A DNA stretch of 43,561 nt from Chiloscyllium plagiosum (lineage: Eukaryota). Positions 23,425 to 35,291 of this stretch are shown piece after piece. Where the stretch lies: positions 11,444,241-11,487,801 of the forward strand of contig NC_057753.1 in NCBI RefSeq assembly GCF_004010195.1, given 5' to 3'. A model generated the notes under the pieces. It searched no databases, had not been told where the DNA came from, and worked only from the letters and a program-made list of their open reading frames with translations. How positions within the stretch are numbered: the stretch's first letter is position 1; every line of letters begins with the position of its first letter. The position numbers and the translations under genes were made by a program.

Positions 23425-23747
23425 GATTAGATTCCCGAGAGTGTGGAAACAGGCCCTTTGGCCCAACCAGTCCACACCGACCCTCCGAAGAGTAACCCAT
23501 CCAGACACCATTTCCCTCTGATGCACCTAAAACTATGGGCAATTTAGCACGGCCAATCCACCCTAACCTGCACATCCCTGGGCACTATGGGTAATTCAGA
23601 ATGGCTAATCCACCCTAACCTGCACATCCCTGGGCACTATGGGTAATTCAGAATGGTCAATCCACCATAACCTGCACATCCCTGGGCACTATGGGTAATT
23701 CAGAATGGCCAATCCACCCTAACCTGCACATCCCTGGGGAACTATGG
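23425..23747 (-). repeat. V-SINE 3' part with four 52-bp tandem units
   Basis: Units start at 23553, 23605, 23657 and 23709 (CCAATCCACCCTAACCTGCACATCCCTGGG...). Confidence 0.9.
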
Positions 23748-23749
23748 CC

Positions 23750-24240
23750 TAATTTTGTCTCTCAGCAACCCAGGTACTGCTAACTGCTGGACCAAATGTT
23801 ACGTTGTAAATTCTTCAGCACTCTGTGTGTTTGCTAAGTTCTTCAACTCTCTTCAGGGTACGGTATACATCTACACTTTCATAGTAATGGCAAAGAACTG
23901 CTCAGTCTCGTTTATACCTATCTTGGTATGAGTCTAAGGTTATTTGAATGGGGAGGAGTACGTGTAGTAAATGAGGAGAAGCACATGCCCCAGATAGCAA
24001 TGAGTAGTCCAGGAGAGTGGTAGCCAGGAGTAGGCATCATGGCCGCAAATAAAATAGGTGTCATCGATTTTCCTGCTTCTCGGATGCTCCCTGACCTGCT
24101 GTGCTTTTCCAGCACCACTCTAATCTTGACTCTGATCTTCAGCATCTGCAGTCCTCACTATTGCCCATGTCCTGTGGAAATTAAATCCTCTCTGTTCCCA
24201 CAAAGCTCCGTAACCATGGGCCACGCCAAAAGCACAATGA
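23750..24240 (-). pseudogene. env: ERV env remnant (SU C-terminus, cleavage/fusion region), interrupted by a PLE piece at ~24062-24165
   Basis: TYFICGHDAYSWLPLSWTTHCYLGHV...HTKIGINETEQFFAI resembles gamma-type Env YFxCGxxAYxxLPxxWxGxCYLG plus a decayed RxKR site. Confidence 0.82.
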
Positions 24241-24467
24241 GAGACAAAAAAATACCTGCAGATGCTGGAATCCAAAGTAGACAGGCAGGAGACTGGGAGA
24301 ACACAGCGAGCCAGGCAGCACCAGGAGGCGGAGAAGTCGACATTTCGGGTTAACCCTTCTCCAAACCCGAAATGTCAAAAACACAACGAGGGTCAGTAAA
24401 TATATTTGCAGATTTTCCTTTTGTCAAGATGCAAGCACGTTGATCCCTGCATTAGTTCCAAGGTAAT

Positions 24468-24778
24468 AGATTAGATTACTTACAGTGTGGAAATAGGCCC
24501 TTCGGCCCAACAAGTCCACACCGCCCCTCCGAAGAGCAACCCATTCCCCTACATTTACCCCTTACCTAACACTACGGGCAATTTAGCATGGCCAATTCAC
24601 CTGACCTAACCTGCACATCTTTGGACTGTGGGAGGAAACCAGAGCACCTGGAGGAAACCCACGCAGACATGGGAAGAATGTGCAAGCTCCACACAGACAG
24701 TTGCCTGAGGCAGGGATTGAACCCGGGTCTCTGGTGCTGTGAGGCAGCAGTGCTAACCACTGAGCCACCGTGCCACCC
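24468..24778 (-). mobile_element. V-SINE (HE1-like)
   Basis: Full reverse-complement consensus. Confidence 0.9.
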
Positions 24779-24809
24779 ACATGCAGCTGCATGTGCAAAC
24801 TCCATACAG

Positions 24810-24940
24810 ACAGGAGGATATTTGGCTCTCCAGTGACCATACCTCCCACAGTTAAAGCAAGGACCTGCCACTCATCCCTGGGGGATTTCACTGTCTTGTT
24901 CCCAGTCCCTACTGGAGCCTGCCTGTCCCATTTTACTCGG
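24810..24940 (-). pseudogene. gag: ERV gag nucleocapsid zinc knuckle remnant
   Basis: GPCFNCGRYGHWRAKYP = CX2CX4HX4(C>Y). Confidence 0.78.
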
Positions 24941-24952
24941 GAAATAGTGTTC

Positions 24953-25529
24953 ACTATTCAAAAGGGCCACAACACACTGCAGTACACCAGAACTGCAAAA
25001 AGAAGAAGAGGAACACCTATGCAAGGTATTCGCCAAAAACGGATACCCGCGCAACTTCATCAACAGATGCCTAAGAGAAAGACCACGGAACGAGGACATA
25101 CCACAACCAAAAGGACTAGCCACACTACCATACATCAGGAGCATCTCGGAACTGACTGCTAACTACTGCGACCCCTAGGACTCATAACGGCACACAAACC
25201 AACAGCCACGCTCAGACAACAACTCACCACAACGAAGGACCCGATACCCAACATGAGAAAAACTAATGTACAGCCAGGGAATTCCTAGAGGCATGGCATT
25301 CATCCACAAACTCCATCAACAAACACGTCGACCTGGACCCAATATACCAACCACTACAGCGGACAGCTGAAACTGACAACCGGAAGCGGCAGAGACAGAC
25401 CACTATAAACACCGGAGGAAACATCAAAGAAGCGCTTCGCAGGAGGCTCCCAAGCACTGATGATGTCGCCTAGCCAGGGGACGAAACGTTTGCAACAAAA
25501 ACTTCCAGCTCGGCGAACACAACCACAAC
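24953..25529 (+). mobile_element. Penelope-like element 3' fragment (RT thumb/linker, internally deleted GIY-YIG, pseudo-LTR with HHR 25454-25493)
   Basis: LFKRATTHCS...NGYP...LPYIRSISE...REFLEAWHS; GCA-CTGATGA-T-GTCGCCT-AGCC-AGGGGAC-GAAA-CG-TT-TGC. Confidence 0.9.
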
Positions 25530-26080
25530 AGTGTCGGTATGCCAGACATAGGCTCAGGATGCAGTGTATAACTTAAGTTATTTTTACAGCGCTGTTGCTT
25601 CAACTCCTTTTTCAACGGTTCGTTTCCTACACTTTCCAACATATCGCCCACTTCTATTGCCATTTGGATGTACAATACTCAACTTGTTTTAATGGATGGT
25701 TCAGGTGAACATTAGTCAATGTAGCCAAGCTTCAGTTTAATCAGGAGGCAATGCCACAGATCACTGACAATGTATAAAGGTAGAAAAACCAATCAAACTT
25801 GCCAATTATTTCTGATTATGTAATTCAGGACTAATACAAATAGTGTAAAATATTGACTAATGTAACCATATTTTCTCATTGAGAGATGGAAACTGTACAA
25901 ATGACTGAGACGTTTCACTGTTAATTAATAAGAACAAATGGATTTTAATGTCACAAAAATGATTCAAATCTGCTCAGGGTTGTACACATAAAATTATATC
26001 AGGACTGTCCTATTATGCGCATATTCCACTCAGCTATTACATTATAAGTTTTCTTCCTACTGAGTATGAGTTTTGTTAAG

Positions 26081-26375
26081 AGGCACGGTGGTTCAGTGGT
26101 TAGCACTGTTGCTTCACAGCGCCAGGGACCTGAGTTTGATCCCAGCCTCGGGCGACTGTCTGTGTGGAGTTTGCACATTCTCCCCTCGTGTCTGCGTGGG
26201 TTTCCTCCCATAGTCCAAAAGATGTGTAGGCTAGGTGAACTGGCCACACTAAATTGCCCATAGTGTTAGGTGCATCATTCAGAGTGAAATGGGTCTGAGT
26301 GGGTTATACTCTTCGGAGGGTCAGTGTGGACTTGTTGAGCCAAAGGGCCTGTTTCCACACTGTAGGGAATCTAAA
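26081..26375 (+). mobile_element. V-SINE (HE1-like)
   Basis: SINE consensus. Confidence 0.88.
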
Positions 26376-26382
26376 TAATCTA

Positions 26383-26900
26383 TGATTTGGAGATGCCGGT
26401 GTTGGACTGGGGTGTACAAAGTTAAAAATCACAGAACACCAGGTTATAGTCCAACAGGTTTAATTGGAAGCACACTAGCTTTCGGAGCGACGCTCCATTA
26501 AACCTGTTGGACTATAACCTGGTGTTGTGTGATTTTTAACTTTGCACAGCCATCTGATGAAGGAGCGACTCCAAATCCAAACCTGGTAGCATCCTTGTAA
26601 ATCTTTTCTGCATCCTTTCAAGTTTCACAAAATCCTTCCAACAAGAGGGAGACCGGAATTACTAGCTTTCGGAGCACCGCTCCATTAAACCTGTTGGACT
26701 ATAACCTGGTGTTGTGTGATTTTTAACTTTGCACAGCCAACTGATGAAGGAGTGTCGCTCCGAAAGCTAGTGTGCTTCCAATTAAACCTGTTGGACTATA
26801 ACCTGTTGTTCCTGAAGAAGGGCTTATGCCCGAAACGTCGATTCTCCTGCTCCTCGGATGCTGCCTGGCCTGCTGTGTTTTTCCAGCCCCACATTTTTCA
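26383..26900. mobile_element. Cluster of PLE pseudo-LTRs in mixed orientation with HHR cores at 26741 (family B) and 26812 (family A)
   Basis: Three direct and one inverted ATTAAACCTGTTGGACTATAACCTG; CTGATGAAGGAGTGTCGCTCCGAAAGCTA; CTGAAGAAGGGCTTATGCCCGAAACGTC. Confidence 0.85.
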
Positions 26901-27794
26901 ACTCATAGCCTGGTGTTTTTTAACTAAAATAAACTAGAAATTCATTTAATCAAATCCCAATGTTATAATATAAAACCTGCACAGTTTCCAACGCTGAAAT
27001 TCATTACAATTACCTGGTTCCAGTCTCTCAATTTAAATCCCAAATTTGATTCTTTAAGCAGTTTTGATCAGACATTGCTCATTCATATTGCGACAGGCTT
27101 AATTGCAAATGATTGCAACTGCATGGACAAAAGTCTTGCCTACTCACATTCATTTTGTTTAGTTTTGTTCATGTTAACAAAATGTGTCTAATGCACAAAT
27201 AATGATTAATCCAAGGACACAAATATTAACCATAGTGTTAAGTGCATGTAACTTTGTTACATGCGTTTTACAAAATAATGTTGAACTGAAACTTCAATTC
27301 TCAGTGAGGAAGGGAAATCTAAACAGAATAAAGCTATGGCCTCACAAATGAAATGCAGCAGTTTCTCAAAATTATCTGGAAACAAACAAGTCCAAAACAT
27401 TTTTTTAAAAATTTCTGCTCGTATCATTTTCTGAAAACAATATTTTTGGTTTGGGATATTTAAATCCATCTTTATGCTTTCAGTTTTACATTTTTAATTA
27501 AATTATCTAAAGTTCACTGTAATGCCTCCTCTTAATGAGTACATGTTAAAGTCTGAGGTGACCTTCCTCAACGTTAGGCTTAGATTATTTTTTCAAGAAA
27601 TGAGCAGACACCTGTTTTAACCTGAGGTCAGGATGCTGAAAAGTTAATGTCACTGTACTATACCATAAGATCGAATTTATTAATTACAAAACAAACGTGC
27701 TTCAGAAAACTTTGATAGGAAAGCAGTGTGCAGATTGATTCTGATTTGGTTACAGTGCTACTGCTTTTACCTCCTTTAGTCAATCCTTTGACTA

Positions 27795-28770
27795 GGACAA
27801 AGAACAAAGAAAATTTAACAGCCCAGGAACAGACCCTTCGGCCCTCCAAGCCTGAGCCGATCCAAATGTACTGTCTAAACCTGTGGAAAAAGCTTGTCTC
27901 TATCTACCCTGTCTAGACCCTTCATGATTTTGTAAACCTCAATCAGGTCCCCCCTTAATCTTCTTTTTTCTAATGAACATAAACCCAACCCACTCAACCT
28001 TTCTTCATAGCTAGCACCTTCCACACCAGACAATATCCTCGTATTCCTGAAGAAGGGCTTATGCCCGAAACATCGATTCTCCTGTTCCCTGGATGCTGCC
28101 TGACCTGCTGCGCTTTTCCAGCAACACATTTTCAGCTCTGATCTCCAGCATCTGCAGCCCTCACTTTCTCCTCAATATCCTCGTAAACCTTCTCTACAAC
28201 CTCTCCAAAGCATCCACATCCTTTTGGGAATGTGGTGATCAGAAATGTACACAGTATTCCAAATGTGGCCGACCCAATGTCTTGTACAATTTTAACATGA
28301 CTTGCCAGCTCTTATACTCAATACCCCATCCAATGAAGGCAAGCATACTATATGCCTTCTTGACCACTCTATCCATCTGTGCAGCAGCCTTCAGGGTACA
28401 ATGGACCTGCCCTCCCAGATCTCTCCGCCCATCAACTTTTCCCAAGGCTCGTCCGTTCATTGTGTAATTCACTCTAGAATTAGTCTTGCCTAAATGCATC
28501 ACCTCACATTTGTCTGGACTGAAATCCATCTGCCACTTTTCCACCCAACTCTCCAGTCTATTTATATCCTCCTGTATTTGGACAGTCCCTTATGTTTTCT
28601 GCTATTCCACCAATCTTTGTGTCATCTGCAAACTTGCTGATCATACCAACAGTGCCCTCTTCCAGATCATTTATGTATATCACAAACACCAGTGGCCCCA
28701 ACACTGACCCCTGTGGAACAACACTGGTCACCTTTCCCCATTTCGAGAAACTCACTTCAACTACTACTCT
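27795..28770 (-). mobile_element. CR1 RT to 3' end with a family A HHR element (28044-28172) inserted
   Basis: VPQGSVLGP, FADDTK; insertion flanked by 13-bp TSD CAATATCCTCGTA (28031, 28173). Confidence 0.9.
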
Positions 28771-29196
28771 CACTAGTCCAACACCTGGGGGTGAAAGGAG
28801 TGAAATTGATCTTTAGCAGTAGTATGATATTATGATGGTGTTAAGAGCAGGTTTATACTGGTGTAAAATGGTGCAAGAATCTTAAGGAAAAGACATTTTT
28901 GAAAGATTGTAATGTTATTTTCCTCCATGTTAAACTGATTTGAATTAAATAAGATTGGCTTCCATGAAAACATTAAAAAATGTGACGGGTTAGAACTTGA
29001 CAGTAGGGCAGTCATGGTTTGTAAGAAGAACAGGTGGGTTAATACTTTATTAATGTTACTTTTTCTTTTACAGAATTTGCATTTTGTAGTCACTGATGGT
29101 TCCTTAAAAAAAATCCCCATAGATTGCCAAAATGCAAATTAAATTCAAAGCATTCCCAGATCTCGAGCTCCAGGGAATAAAAACACAAACATTCAG

Positions 29197-29510
29197 TCAC
29201 GGCACTGTGGCTCAGTGATTAGCACTGCAGCCTCACAGCGCCAGGGACTCTGGTTCGGTTCCAGCCGCGGGCGAGTGTCTGTGCAGAGTTTGCACATTCT
29301 CCCTGTATCTGCATGGGTTTCCTCCCATGGTCCAAAGCTATGCAGGTTAGGTGAATTGGCTGTGCTAAATTGCCATAGTGTTCAGGGATGTGCAAGTTAG
29401 GTGCATTAGTCAGGGGTAAATATAGGGTAGGGGGAATGGATCTGAGTGGGTTACTCTTTGGTCGGTGTGGACTTGTTGGGTCGAAGGATCTGTTTCCACA
29501 CTGTAGGAAT
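29197..29510 (+). mobile_element. V-SINE, diverged
   Basis: SINE consensus. Confidence 0.85.
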
Positions 29511-29539
29511 TATATGGAACACCAATAAGCAAATATGTA

Positions 29540-30110
29540 TTCAAACCTGACCACAAAGAGTTAACCCTTTGACAAGGTTTAGTGAATCTCTCTCTCTTGC
29601 AAGTATGAACATTTTCCAACTTTCTTCCTATCTCAGTTTTTAGCTTTTGTTTATTCCTTGCTTGTAAGGGTAATGAGACCTTCACATTCCAGCACAGCCA
29701 AAGTTAGGGAGTTTAGCCTTATAAATCCTGGCTGTGACACATAGCTGCTTAAACAAGTGGGAATCATAAATACCTCTTAGTCATTCCAATTGCAGTCTTA
29801 ACAGTATTTTCAAGCCTCTGCATTAGTCCACAGCCCAAAGGGAGATACAATGCAGTCTTTAATGGTTGCCCAATGTGTCCCCTATGCCAAATTCATTAAA
29901 GTCTGGACGTCCTGATGCAAGCAATTATACTTACTGCAGATTTGTACTGGCCAACTCAAACATGATGTTGGGCGTTTCAGCAGATCTGCGGAAGGACACT
30001 GCAGACCTCAGAGTGGGTCCAGGGCTTGTCAAGTGGGGTTTCACCGATCATAATCCGGGGGCAAGTAAGTTCTTTACTACTAATGTTCTGTGAACTGTGA
30101 GATTGGGTGC
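29540..30110 (-). pseudogene. Probable ERV gag capsid remnant
   Basis: KPWTHSEVCSVLP resembles the PWTxxE...LP start of epsilon-like CA; lies between MA and NC remnants in the same orientation. Confidence 0.45.
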
Positions 30111-30189
30111 CTTGTACAGAACCAGACAAGTTAGAAGTGGACAAGACAGCAGACACTGAAACAGAGTGTATGGTGCCAGAAAAAGCATA

Positions 30190-30420
30190 AAGTTACAAAT
30201 TCCACAACACCAGGTTATAGTCCTTCATCAGGTGGTTGATGAAGGACCGTCGCTCCGAAAGCTACTGCTACCAATCAAACCTGTTGGACTATAACCCGGT
30301 GTTGTGGGATTTGTAACTTTGTACACCCCAGTCCAACACCGGCATCTCCAAATCAGAAAAAGCACAGCAGGTCAGGCAGCATCCGAGGAGCAGGAGAATT
30401 GATGTTCCAAGCAAAACGCT
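30190..30420. mobile_element. Inverted family B PLE pseudo-LTR pair nested in a family A-like element
   Basis: CACAACACCAGGTTATAGTCC vs GGACTATAACCCGGTGTTGTG; TGATGAAGGACCGTCGCTCCGAAAGCTA. Confidence 0.75.
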
Positions 30421-30441
30421 GATTTCAAGCATCACACCTCT

Positions 30442-31455
30442 GGGTGGCACGGTGGCACTATGGTTAGATTAGATTACTTACAGTGTGGAAACAGGCCCTT
30501 CGGCCCAACAAGTCCACACCGCCCGGCAAAGCGCAACCCACCCATACCCTTACATTTACCCCTTTACCTAACACTACGGGCAATTTAGCATGGCCAATTC
30601 ACCTGACCCTGCACATCTTTGGACTGTGGGAGGAAACCGGAGCACCCGGAGGAAACCCACGCAGACACGGGGAGAATGTGCAAACTCCACACAGTCAGTC
30701 GCCTGAGGCGGGAATTGAACCCGGGTCTCTGGCGCTGTGAGGCAGCAGTGCTAACCACTGTGCCACCGTGCCACTGCTGCCTCAATTCCCGCCTCAGGTA
30801 ACTGTCTGTATGGAGTTTGCACATTCTCCCCGTGTCTGCGTGGATTTCCTCTGGGTGCTCTGGTTTCCTCCCACAATCCAAAGGTGTGCGGATCAGGTGA
30901 ATTGGCCATGCTAAATTGCCCATAGTGTTAGGTGCATTAGTCAGAGGGAAATGGGTCTGGGTGGGTTACTCTTCGGAGGGTCGGTATGGACTGGTTGGGC
31001 CAAAGGGCTTGTTTCCACACTGTAGGGAATCTCATCTAATCTACTCCTCGTCAGACTTCTGTACAGTTTCAAACCTCTCAGCTGGCTGCTATCCGAAACA
31101 ATTTATGTGGCTCGTTGGTCTAGGGGTATGATCCTTGTTTTGGGGTGGCATGGTGGCACGGTGGTTAGCACCGCTGCCTCACAGCGCCAGGGACCCGGGT
31201 TCAATTCCAGCCTCGGGCAACTGTCTGTGTGGAGTTTGCACATTCTCCCCCTGTCTGCGCGGGTTTCCTCTGCGTGCTCTGGTTTCCTCCCAATGTCCAA
31301 AAAATGTGCAGTTTAGGTGAATTGGCCATGCTAAATTGCCTGTAGTGTTAGGTGTAAGGGGGGAATGGGTCTGAGTGGGTTGCTCTTCTGAGGATCGGTG
31401 TGGACTTGCTGGGCTGAAGGGCCTGTTTTCACACTGTAAGTAATCTAGTCTAATC
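30442..31455. mobile_element. Three V-SINEs (plus 30442-31042 with nested minus ~30465-30772; plus 31144-31455)
   Basis: SINE consensus in both orientations. Confidence 0.88.
31109..31147 (+). pseudogene. 5' half of tRNA-Pro(TGG), joined to a SINE head
   Basis: GGCTCGTTGGTCTAGGGGTATGATCCTTGTTTTGGG vs tRNA-Pro GGCTCGTTGGTCTAGGGGTATGATTCTCGCTTTGGG. Confidence 0.85.
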
Positions 31456-31639
31456 AGTGCTGCTTCAATTCTTTCACCAAACATTTAAGAGGCATCTGGA
31501 TGAGTATATGAATAGGAAGGGTTTGGAGGGATATGGGCCGGGTGCTGGCATGTGGGACTAGATTGGGTAGGGATATCTGATCGGCGTGGATGGGTTGGAC
31601 GGAAGGGTCTGTTTCCGTGCTGTACATCTCTATCTCACC

Positions 31640-32420
31640 TTCCACCCCAGACACTAGGACCCCATCGAGTACACGCACCAGTATCTTGCAGCTGAACTGT
31701 ACCCGCGTTTCTCTCTGCATTTTGGCCCTGCATGTTCAGGAAGCGACAAAAGCAGCAATCTCGTCAATTTGAGGGTGGGAGTCCGAAGCAGGGATGGTAT
31801 GTTTGGGGGACTGAGCGCAGCCGCGATTTTTATTTTTAGGGGGCTGATCTTTAAAATGTATCGATGCAAATCCTATCCCACAATGGGTCGGCATATTCAC
31901 CCCCTCGGTGTTAGTCCTCCAGTCATCAATCTTTTCCAACTTAAAGGACCCTCCATAAGGCCAGTTGCCATGGGACAACCCGTATAGATTAGATTAGATT
32001 CCCTACAGTGTGGAAACAGGCCCTTCAGCCCAACCAGTCCACACCGACCCTCCGAAGAGTAACCCACCCAGACCCATTCCCCTACGCCTAACACTATGGG
32101 CAATTTAGCGTGGCCAATTCACCTGACCTGCACATCTTTGGACTGTGGGAGGAAACCGGAGCACCCGGAGGATACCACGCAGACACGGGGTGGTATGTGC
32201 AAACTCAACATAGACAGTCGCCCGAGGCTGGAATCAACCTGGGACCCTGGTGCTGTGAGGCAGCAGTGCTAACCACTGAGCCACTGTGCCACCCCTGGGA
32301 AAAGGCTGGAGGGAAAAGGAATGATATTTCTCTACCATCACCTGTCTCTTTCCAAACAATATTGGCTGGTGATTCTGACGGAACCAGGGAGTCTCCTACC
32401 TTAATTGTGCCATTAGCGAG
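31640..32420 (-). pseudogene. gag: ERV gag matrix remnant split by a V-SINE (31986-32294)
   Basis: VPSESPANIVWK...[SINE]...GNWPYGGSFKLEKIDDW resembles the MA motif WPxxGSFxL. Confidence 0.65.
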
Positions 32421-32575
32421 TTTTGAGAAGATTTGTAGCTCAGATTGAGGTTCTGGATGTAGGTTTGCTCGCTGAGCTGGAAGGTTCATTTTCCGACGTT
32501 TCGTCACCATCCTCGGTAACATCTTCAGTGAGCCTCCGGACGAAGCACTGGTGGCATGGCCCGCTTTTCTATTTT
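32421..32575 (-). mobile_element. Penelope pseudo-LTR (family C) with HHR 32495-32528
   Basis: CTGAAGA-T-GTTACC-GAGGAT-GGTGAC-GAAA-CG-TC on the minus strand. Confidence 0.82.
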
Positions 32576-33270
32576 TTGTCCTATCCAAGAACTTTTGGGA
32601 AATTACAAACATTGCATCCACGCTCTCTGTAACTACATCTTTCAGGATCCTAGGGTGCAAGTAACCAGGGCCAAGGAACCTGTCTTCCCTTGAGCCTCAG
32701 GAGTTTTTTCCTAATACAGCTTCTTATGATGGTACTTAATTCGACCACTTTTATTCTTTCGTATTAATGGGATGTTCAAACTATTTTCCACCAGCTAGTG
32801 CTTCCAATTAAACCTGTTGGACTATAACCTGGTGTTGTGTGATTTTTAATTTTGTACACCCCAGTCCAACACCAGCATCTCCAAATCATTCCACCATAAA
32901 GACTGATGCAAAATGTCTGTTCAACTCCTCCACCATTTCCATGCTCCCCATAACTATCTCCCAAAATAATCTTCTTGTTGTTGTTGCATTTCATTCACAT
33001 GGTTTTGCATCCTCGTCGAGTGGACAAACAGATGGAGACTGTCCTTCTCAGCAGGACATGATTTACTTGTCCCCCAGAGACAGCCCTTCCTTAGAGTTCA
33101 GCGACCCCCCCATCGGTCTGCAGGTGAATGAACAAAGAAAAAACAAAAAAAACCCTGAAACAGAGCCGGACGCTGGCGCCCCGGTCAATTTCTCAAGGCC
33201 TACTTTAAATTAAATGTACACCCGCAGCGATCTTCCCAAATCTTGCCTCAGCATTATTTCCCAAGCTGGG

Positions 33271-33415
33271 ATCAGATACAAGACATCAACCCTCGCTGCT
33301 CATTGCATTTCGGAACAGTCTATTGACTGTTTCCCATGATATATCACGAGATGTAATAAAGTTGGGCAATACTGAAGGTATATTTCCAAAATCTACTTCA
33401 ACAGTTGGCGGTCAA
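33271..33415 (+). mobile_element. Inverted ERV LTR R-U5 fragment plus decayed PBS, within the proviral leader
   Basis: Close reverse complement of 34575-34717; AATAAA 33355, ends CTTCAACA then GTTGGCGGTC. Confidence 0.8.
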
Positions 33416-33460
33416 CCATACAGTTTGAATACCGCTCCTTCCCCTTCTCCCTTCTTGTCA

Positions 33461-33898
33461 TGATTTGCAGGAGCTGGTGTTGGACTGTGGGAGTGTGTAT
33501 AGGAGTGCCTGTGTGTGTGAGAGAGAGAGTGTAAAGGGCTCTAGGTCTGTGAGAGGTTGCATTGTGTGTGTGCATAGGAGTGCCTGTTAATTCATTTTTT
33601 TTAGAGTTCATTTTTGTTAAAGTTCACTTTAGAATGTAAATTTTAAAAAGATATTTTGCGATTTATAGATGAAAGAAGAGAAACTAAAATGGTCATTCTA
33701 ACAGATGAGAGACTTAATAGACAATCAAGATATTTTTCACTGTATAATTTCAGTTACATCTCACTGTAAACTTTTGCTATAAATTCTGTGTCTTATAATC
33801 GTGTCCTCCACAATCACCTGATGAAGGAGCGTCGCTCCGAAAGCTAGTGCTTCCAATTAAACCTGTTGGACTATAACCTGGTGTTGTGTGATTTTTAA
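33461..33898 (+). mobile_element. PLE family B element with intact HHR (33815-33849)
   Basis: 14-bp TSD CTCCCTTCTTGTCA (33447, 33899); CAC-CTGATGA-A-GGAGC-GTC-GCTCC-GAAA-GC-TA-GTG. Confidence 0.88.
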
Positions 33899-33977
33899 CT
33901 CCCTTCTTGTCAGCCTTCTGACTCGGGTCAGGATCATGATATGAAACCGGAGGTCGAAACCAATTCTTATAATTTCA

Positions 33978-34526
33978 CCGAGCTGGGAATTTGTGTTGCA
34001 GACGTTTCGTCCCCTGTCTAGGTGACATCCTCAGTGCTTGGGAGCCTCCTGTGAAGCGCTTCTGTGATCTTTCCTCCGGCATTTTGGTTTGAATCTGCCG
34101 CTTCCGGTTGTCAGTTCCAGCTGTCCACGCTACTAAGGATAGCTGGTCGTGTTGTTTCGTGGCTAGTTGGTGTTCATGGATGCGGAGCTTTAGCTTTTAG
34201 TGTTTTGTGCAGTCCTTGCATGGGATTTTGTACACTATGTTGGTTTTGCTCATGCTGGGTATCGGGTCCTTTGTCCTGGTGAGTTGTTGTCTGAGAGTGG
34301 CTGTTGATTTGTGTGCTGTTATGAGCCCTAGTGGTCGCAGTAGTCTGGCTGTCAGATCGGAAATGCTCTTGATGTACAAGATCACAGAAGCGCTTCACAG
34401 GAGGCTCCCAAGCACTGAGGATGTCACCTAGACAGGGGACGAAACGTCTGCAACACAAATTCCCAGCTCGGCGAACAGAACCACAACAACGAGCACCCGA
34501 GCTACAAATCTTCTCCCAAACTTTGA
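33978..34526. mobile_element. Penelope element with inverted pseudo-LTRs, two HHRs and a GIY-YIG-proximal fragment
   Basis: 13-bp TSD TCTTATAATTTCA (33965, 34527); ~90-bp inverted repeat; NIVYKIPCKDC; GCA-CTGAGGA-T-GTCACCT-AGAC-AGGGGAC-GAAA-CG-TC-TGC. Confidence 0.92.
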
Positions 34527-34585
34527 TCTTATAATTTCAGGCTCGGTCTCATTGTAAGTAGAGAACCTGCTGACTGACTGCCAAT

Positions 34586-35291
34586 TGTTGAAGAAAATTT
34601 CGGAAATATACCTTCAGTATTGCCCAACTTTGTTACATCTCATGATATATCATGAAAAACAGTCAATAGACTGTTCCGAAATGCAATGAGCAACAAGGGT
34701 TTATATCTTGTACCTGACAGCTCTTACAATACAACAAAACAGCCACTAGATGGCTGACTTGCACTTTCTTTGGATGAAATGCCAAAAAATGTTTATCAAA
34801 AGGTCTATGGTTTTGGGTTTGTGGAAATAATTTGTACTTACATTGCTGATTTAACGAGTTTGCACATTCTCTCCCTGTGTCTGTATGGGTTTCCTCCGGG
34901 TGCTCCGGTTTCCTCCCACAGTCCGAAGAGGTGCAGGTTAGGGTGAATTGACCATGCTAAATTACCCATGGTGTTCAGGGATGTGTAGGTTAGGGTGAAT
35001 TGACCATGCTAAATTACCCATGGTGTTCAGGGATGTGTAGGTTAGGTGCATTGGTCTGGGGTAAATGTTTGAGTAATGGGTTTGATGGGTTTGGGTGGGT
35101 TACTCTTCGAAGGGTCGGCGTGGACTCTGGGAATTCTAGGATCTCTTTATTTACAAGGTCGGGCCAGACAGTGACACATCCTTAAATTGTCACGCTGTTA
35201 GTTATAAAATTTCTCTTTAGTGACGATTATTTTAACTTGGCTAGGTTTAAAATCTAAAAATGGCCTCCAGGGCCAGAAAATTACTTTGACA
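34586..35291 (-). mobile_element. ERV 5' LTR (SINE fragment inside at ~34857-35135) followed by a degenerate Ser-type PBS (34583-34564)
   Basis: TGTCAAAGTAATTTTCTGGCCCTGG...TTCTTCAACA, then AT-TGGCAGTCAGTCAGCAGGTT; leader similar to 10612-10860. Confidence 0.8.

Noticed and set aside
23532..23747. Regular 52-bp repeats resembling a CRISPR array
   Set aside because: No unique spacers; units are the SINE internal repeat, also seen at 18370-18540 and 34930-35045; eukaryotic context
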